Below are positions 35,925 through 39,783 of a DNA stretch of 39,783 nt, piece after piece (the first letter of the stretch is position 1; each line of letters begins with the position of its first letter). Source of the stretch: Candidatus Moraniibacteriota bacterium (GTDB lineage: Bacteria; Patescibacteriota; Minisyncoccia; Moranbacterales; DUUL01). The position numbers and the translations under genes were made by a program. Below the pieces are notes generated by a model. It was not told where the DNA came from and did not search any database. It was given only the letters and a program-made list of their open reading frames with translations. The stretch is from contig DUUL01000030.1 of assembly GCA_012841575.1 (NCBI GenBank), positions 1 to 39,783 on the forward strand, read 5' to 3'.

Positions 35925-37511
35925 TTATTTCTGCTTCCAACCCTTAAAAACAAACTTCCGCTCTTTCAAATTGTTAACCACGCCAGCTAACATCCAAAAA
36001 ACAATTGCTGCTGGACCAAATAGCAAAACATTTGAGGTAAAGCCTAATAAAATAAATTGAGAAAAAATAGACAAAACTACAATTAACCAAATCCTCTGCC
36101 AACCATCAGACCTAATGTAAACCGCCCTAGTTTCCCAGAAATATATCAATAAAGTTAAAATAAATAGCAATAATCCAATTAGTCCAGCGTTCTCCCAGAT
36201 GAAAAGATAGGAGTTAAAAATTCTCTCATTAGCAGGAGCAAATGGTTCATTAATCGGCACTAAGCCTTTACCCAAAACGTAATTCTCCTTGATTCTTTCA
36301 TAGCCCGCTACCCAACTTTGAAAATTAGCTTCTGATTCAGAGGATAGTGAAGATTGAAATCCAGGAAAAATAAGTGCTAAAATAATAATCAACGTGGCAG
36401 CAAAAGATAATAGGGATTTGGAGCGCAAAAGAGTGCCCATAATAAATATCCCTGTTACTAAAATAATTAAAATGGTATGCGAAAAGGTTAAAATCAAAGC
36501 TAAGATTTGGATTAATAGGAGTAATATCAAAAAAATTCGACTATTGAAAATACTTTCGTCGTATTCTCTTTTCCAATTCTTTTTGCTACTTAAATCAACA
36601 ATCCTCTTCTTAATCGCCACTCCTGTTCTCGTTAAATAAACCGAATCCATTAACTGCTTTTTCTTGGATTTTTGAATAGCCCTCTGATCTACCCCCTTAG
36701 CTGCTAAAAAGGCTTCCTCTTCTTCCTTTTTTTCAGAAAATAAAGTTGGTTGTTTACTTTTTTCCACCAAAATAATTATCAACCCTAAAGTTACAGTAAT
36801 GGTAATCAATAATAAAGGCGCTAAAGCATTCGAACCTAGCCAGGAGTAATAACTATCTGATAAAAATCCGTTGATTTCGAAGTTAACGTCCCGAAAAATC
36901 ATAGTCTCCTTTTTAATTGGCGTCACTCCCATTCCCAGAGAATTTTGCCAGCTAAGCCAAAAAGAAGCTAAGCCAAAAACAGAGTGCAGAGAGCCAATTA
37001 CTACTAGCACTAAAAAGAAACGTTTAATTCTTTTTTGAGTTTGAAAAAAATGAGAAAGTGCTATTTGCAAAGAAAAATAAATTAAGACCGTAAAAGACAA
37101 AATTTTAAGTTCATTGCTGGATTTCACCTGAGGAGAAAGGCTGATAAATAAAAGCAACCCGAGATAAAGAATCATCCCCAAGAAATACAGTCCGGTCCTG
37201 CCCCACCAGATCTTTTCTCTTCCAAAAGAAACTGCCATAATCCCCACAATTCCCAAAATAATAAAAAATGAATTGTGAATCCAAAGCTCTGTTTGTGCCA
37301 ATTTAATTGGCGGTAAAAGCAATGCCATTCCCAATAGAAAAAGCCATCCTCGAGAAAAACTTTGAGCCAAAACTGATAAAAAAATAAACAAAACTAAGAT
37401 GACCAGCGCAGCAAACAAGTCAAGTGTAATTGCTAAAGTTAGCGCAAAGGCAACCACCCCAACAATTAGAGTGGCAGCGGAATCTAATGCCATTTTTTTG
37501 AAAAAATCCAT
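35925..37511 (-). CDS. O-antigen ligase/polymerase (WaaL/Wzy)-like multi-pass membrane protein
   Basis: About 12 TM helices, LILTFS, VLGKGL and NSYLFIWENAGLIGL in the positions of WaaL motifs. Confidence 0.75.
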   Translation of the reverse strand: MDFFKKMALDSAATLIVGVVAFALTLAITLDLFAALVILVLFIFLSVLAQSFSRGWLFLLGMALLLPPIKLAQTELWIHNSFFIILGIVGIMAVSFGREKIWWGRTGLYFLGMILYLGLLLFISLSPQVKSSNELKILSFTVLIYFSLQIALSHFFQTQKRIKRFFLVLVVIGSLHSVFGLASFWLSWQNSLGMGVTPIKKETMIFRDVNFEINGFLSDSYYSWLGSNALAPLLLITITVTLGLIIILVEKSKQPTLFSEKKEEEEAFLAAKGVDQRAIQKSKKKQLMDSVYLTRTGVAIKKRIVDLSSKKNWKREYDESIFNSRIFLILLLLIQILALILTFSHTILIILVTGIFIMGTLLRSKSLLSFAATLIIILALIFPGFQSSLSSESEANFQSWVAGYERIKENYVLGKGLVPINEPFAPANERIFNSYLFIWENAGLIGLLLFILTLLIYFWETRAVYIRSDGWQRIWLIVVLSIFSQFILLGFTSNVLLFGPAAIVFWMLAGVVNNLKERKFVFKGWKQK

Positions 37512-37751
37512 CTTTTTGTAGTTTTTACAATAGACTTTAATCTTCTTAAATATAGCATAAAAAAAACAAACTTCAACTCTTTTCTGAACTCCAGTTAGTT
37601 ATCCCAAGAAGCTATTGAGAAACTAGAAAAAATTAAATAATAATAATTAGTTGACTTTTTATTTGATTTAATTATTGCTTTAAATTTTTAACAATGTTAA
37701 AATGTAGTTAACTTTCGGGAAAGAATTAAATACACAAAAATATAAACAAAA

Positions 37752-39026
37752 ATGAGGTTGGTGAAAAATATTTTTAGTCTACCTTCCAAAAGGCAAACTT
37801 ATTTGCTTTCTTTAGATATTGGCACTGAATTAACCAAGGTTCTCTTGCTTAAAATTGATTTGAAACAAAAAAGAGCTTTGGTTATTGGACAATCTATGGT
37901 TAGGCAGCGTCTGGGTCACATGAGTTCTGGTGCAGTCAGTGATATTGCTGGAGTTATTGAAACTTGCCAGCAAGGAATCGCGGAAGTAAAAAAACAAACA
38001 GGCATTAAAAATGTTTCTCAGGTAATTATGGGTATCGCTGGTGAGTTAGTTAAAGGCACCACTACTACAGTTCACTATCAGCGCGCACGCCCCGAAATCA
38101 GAATTGATTTGCCAGAAATTAAAAGCATCATCCAAAAAGTTCAATGGAAGGCTTTTGATCGTATTAGAAAGCAACTTGCCTGGGAAACCGGACAAGATCA
38201 AATTGATGTCAAACTAATCAACGCTGCAATTGTTAGTGTTAAAATCGACGGCTACCGCATTGCCAACCCAATGGGCTTTCAAGGGAGAGATGTTTCTATC
38301 GGTGTCTTCAATGCTTATGCACCCATGATTCATCTAGGCGCCTTACAAAAAGTAGCTGATGAATTAGCCTTAGATCTATTAGCTATTGCTGCAGAGCCCT
38401 ATGCTATTACTCAGTCAATCAATACTTATAACCAACCAGAATTTGGTGCAATTATCTTAGACATTGGCGGAGGAACTACTGATGTTGCTCTAGTAAGAAA
38501 CGGCGGACTAGAAGGAACAGTTATGTTTGCTCTAGGTGGCCAAGCCTTTACCAAGCGCTTATCAAATATCTTTAACATAAGTTTTCCTGAAGCAGAAAGT
38601 CTAAAGCTCAAATACTCTACTGGCCAAACAGATCCTAAGCTAACCGAACAAATTCAAAGAATTTTTGCTGATGATCTGAAAGTTTGGCTCAGTGGTTTGA
38701 AAATATCTCTGGAAAGTTTCGTTAGCTCTGATGTTCTTCCCTTTAATATTCTTTTATGCGGTGGTGGCAGTGGCCTTCCAGGACTAAAACAAGTTCTTGA
38801 ACAGGGTAACTGGGAGGGTAGCCTTCCCATCCCAGAAGGTCTTAGAGTTAGTTACTTGCAACCAAGAGATATTGTTGGAGTGGTTGATAAAACAGGCAAC
38901 CTGCGCTCACCTCAGGCAGTTGCTCCAATGGCATTAGGTAATTTGGCTTTAGATATTCTTCAGGGACAAGATGCTAATATGCTTTCAGAAGCTTTAGGTA
39001 AGGCTGTTAAGAATATTCAGGGTTAG
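37752..39026 (+). CDS. FtsA/PilM-like actin-fold ATPase
   Basis: LDIGTE, AEPYA, LDIGGGTTD, LGGQAFT, AESLKL and LCGGGSGLPG. No ftsZ follows, so orthology to ftsA is not assumed. Confidence 0.85.
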   Translation: MRLVKNIFSLPSKRQTYLLSLDIGTELTKVLLLKIDLKQKRALVIGQSMVRQRLGHMSSGAVSDIAGVIETCQQGIAEVKKQTGIKNVSQVIMGIAGELVKGTTTTVHYQRARPEIRIDLPEIKSIIQKVQWKAFDRIRKQLAWETGQDQIDVKLINAAIVSVKIDGYRIANPMGFQGRDVSIGVFNAYAPMIHLGALQKVADELALDLLAIAAEPYAITQSINTYNQPEFGAIILDIGGGTTDVALVRNGGLEGTVMFALGGQAFTKRLSNIFNISFPEAESLKLKYSTGQTDPKLTEQIQRIFADDLKVWLSGLKISLESFVSSDVLPFNILLCGGGSGLPGLKQVLEQGNWEGSLPIPEGLRVSYLQPRDIVGVVDKTGNLRSPQAVAPMALGNLALDILQGQDANMLSEALGKAVKNIQG

Positions 39027-39086
39027 CTTTCTACTAACTTTTACCGATAAACTTTAAACTTTATAATTATTTATCATCTGCTTAAG

Positions 39087-39783
39087 ATGCAAAAAAATAT
39101 CTACATTGATGTTGATGAGGAAATTACTAGTATTTTAGATAGAATCCGCCAAGAAACAGCTAATCAAATAATTTTAGTGGTCCCACAAAAAGCCTTAATT
39201 GCTCAAGGTGTTATTAACTTGAAAATATTGAAAAGAGAAGCTGAGCAAATGAACAAACAGCTGATTATTTCAACTACAGACCAACAAGCCAGAAGAGTAA
39301 TTGAAAGAATTGGCTTAAAACTAGCTCCCATTCCCAGACCAACCACTGCTACAAGAAGTAATGTCTCAAATGAAATTAATGTAGACAATTTTTCCCGAGA
39401 TGCCTCTAAGGAAGTTATGCAAAAAATAGCCCCTTCCACTCCCCCGCCGCAAAAAACAAAAACTGTTGGAAGTGACTCTTTTTACTCAGACTACTCAAAA
39501 GACCATTCGGTGTCGCCAGACCTTAACCAGCCTAATCAAATGGTGGGAATGGAGTCAAAGCTACCGCCCCAAAATACTCAACCCAAACCCAGTCAATCTC
39601 CCTCCAAAGACTCAGATATTTATGCGATCAAGCCTGACTCCTACTATTCTTCAAGTCGTAATAAAAACAAAATTGGGCTAGAAGAAGAGTCTGAATTTGA
39701 CAGTGAAGAAAAAGGCCCTTTTATCTTTCGTAAAAAATTTCAAATAATTTTTGCCCTACTACTTTTAATCGTCATTGGTGGAA
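39087..39783 (+). CDS. Bitopic membrane protein, partial, of the family that typically follows this FtsA-like gene (often annotated baseplate J-like)
   Basis: Manual translation from ATG 39087: MQKNIYIDVDEEITSILDRIRQETANQIILVVPQKALIAQGVINLKILKREA..., a Pro/Ser-rich linker, then TM start FQIIFALLLLIVIGG. The frame is open to the window end and absent from the ORF track. Confidence 0.85.
   Translation, partial: MQKNIYIDVDEEITSILDRIRQETANQIILVVPQKALIAQGVINLKILKREAEQMNKQLIISTTDQQARRVIERIGLKLAPIPRPTTATRSNVSNEINVDNFSRDASKEVMQKIAPSTPPPQKTKTVGSDSFYSDYSKDHSVSPDLNQPNQMVGMESKLPPQNTQPKPSQSPSKDSDIYAIKPDSYYSSSRNKNKIGLEEESEFDSEEKGPFIFRKKFQIIFALLLLIVIGG

Noticed and set aside
1362-38611. Many short ORFs overlapping larger genes (e.g. 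1362, 5975, 9599, 17598, 22946, 24092, 29773, 31116, 34572, 38426)
   Set aside because: They lie antisense or out of frame to well-supported genes and show Ser/Leu/Phe-rich mirror composition with no motifs.
39203-39681. ORFs 39203..39439 (-) and 39466..39681 (+)
   Set aside because: Both overlap the longer frame that starts at 39087 and runs off the window.

Overview
AT-rich bacterial chromosome segment read in standard code 11 (TGA ends the 9571 and 18453 ORFs). Most genes are on the minus strand. The gene content points to a Patescibacteria/CPR (Parcubacteria-like) genome (inference): a TraG/VirD4-like ATPase, a PEGA protein, WaaL-like TPR membrane proteins, an FtsA-like protein with a membrane partner, and AU-rich leaders without Shine-Dalgarno sites. 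Recognisable genes are lepA (partial), rmuC, a four-subunit pyruvate:ferredoxin oxidoreductase operon (porCDAB), groES, mtaB, tRNA-Ala(UGC), tRNA-Ile(GAU), rpmE, two DsbA-family proteins, an ABC-2 exporter, dxs and pheT. The strongest oddity is in pheT: a 492-bp in-frame insertion encoding a Pol-beta-type (LnuA/ANT(2'')-like) nucleotidyltransferase domain sits inside the tRNA-binding OB fold, bounded by a 7-bp direct repeat whose collapse restores an 804-aa canonical PheT. Other notable items are a hairpin-disrupted partial duplicate of tRNA-Ile, a VirD4-like ATPase operon with three unknown effector-like genes, two WaaL-fold proteins apparently lacking catalytic residues, and a probably leaderless lepA. 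No CRISPR array, transposase or integrase was seen.
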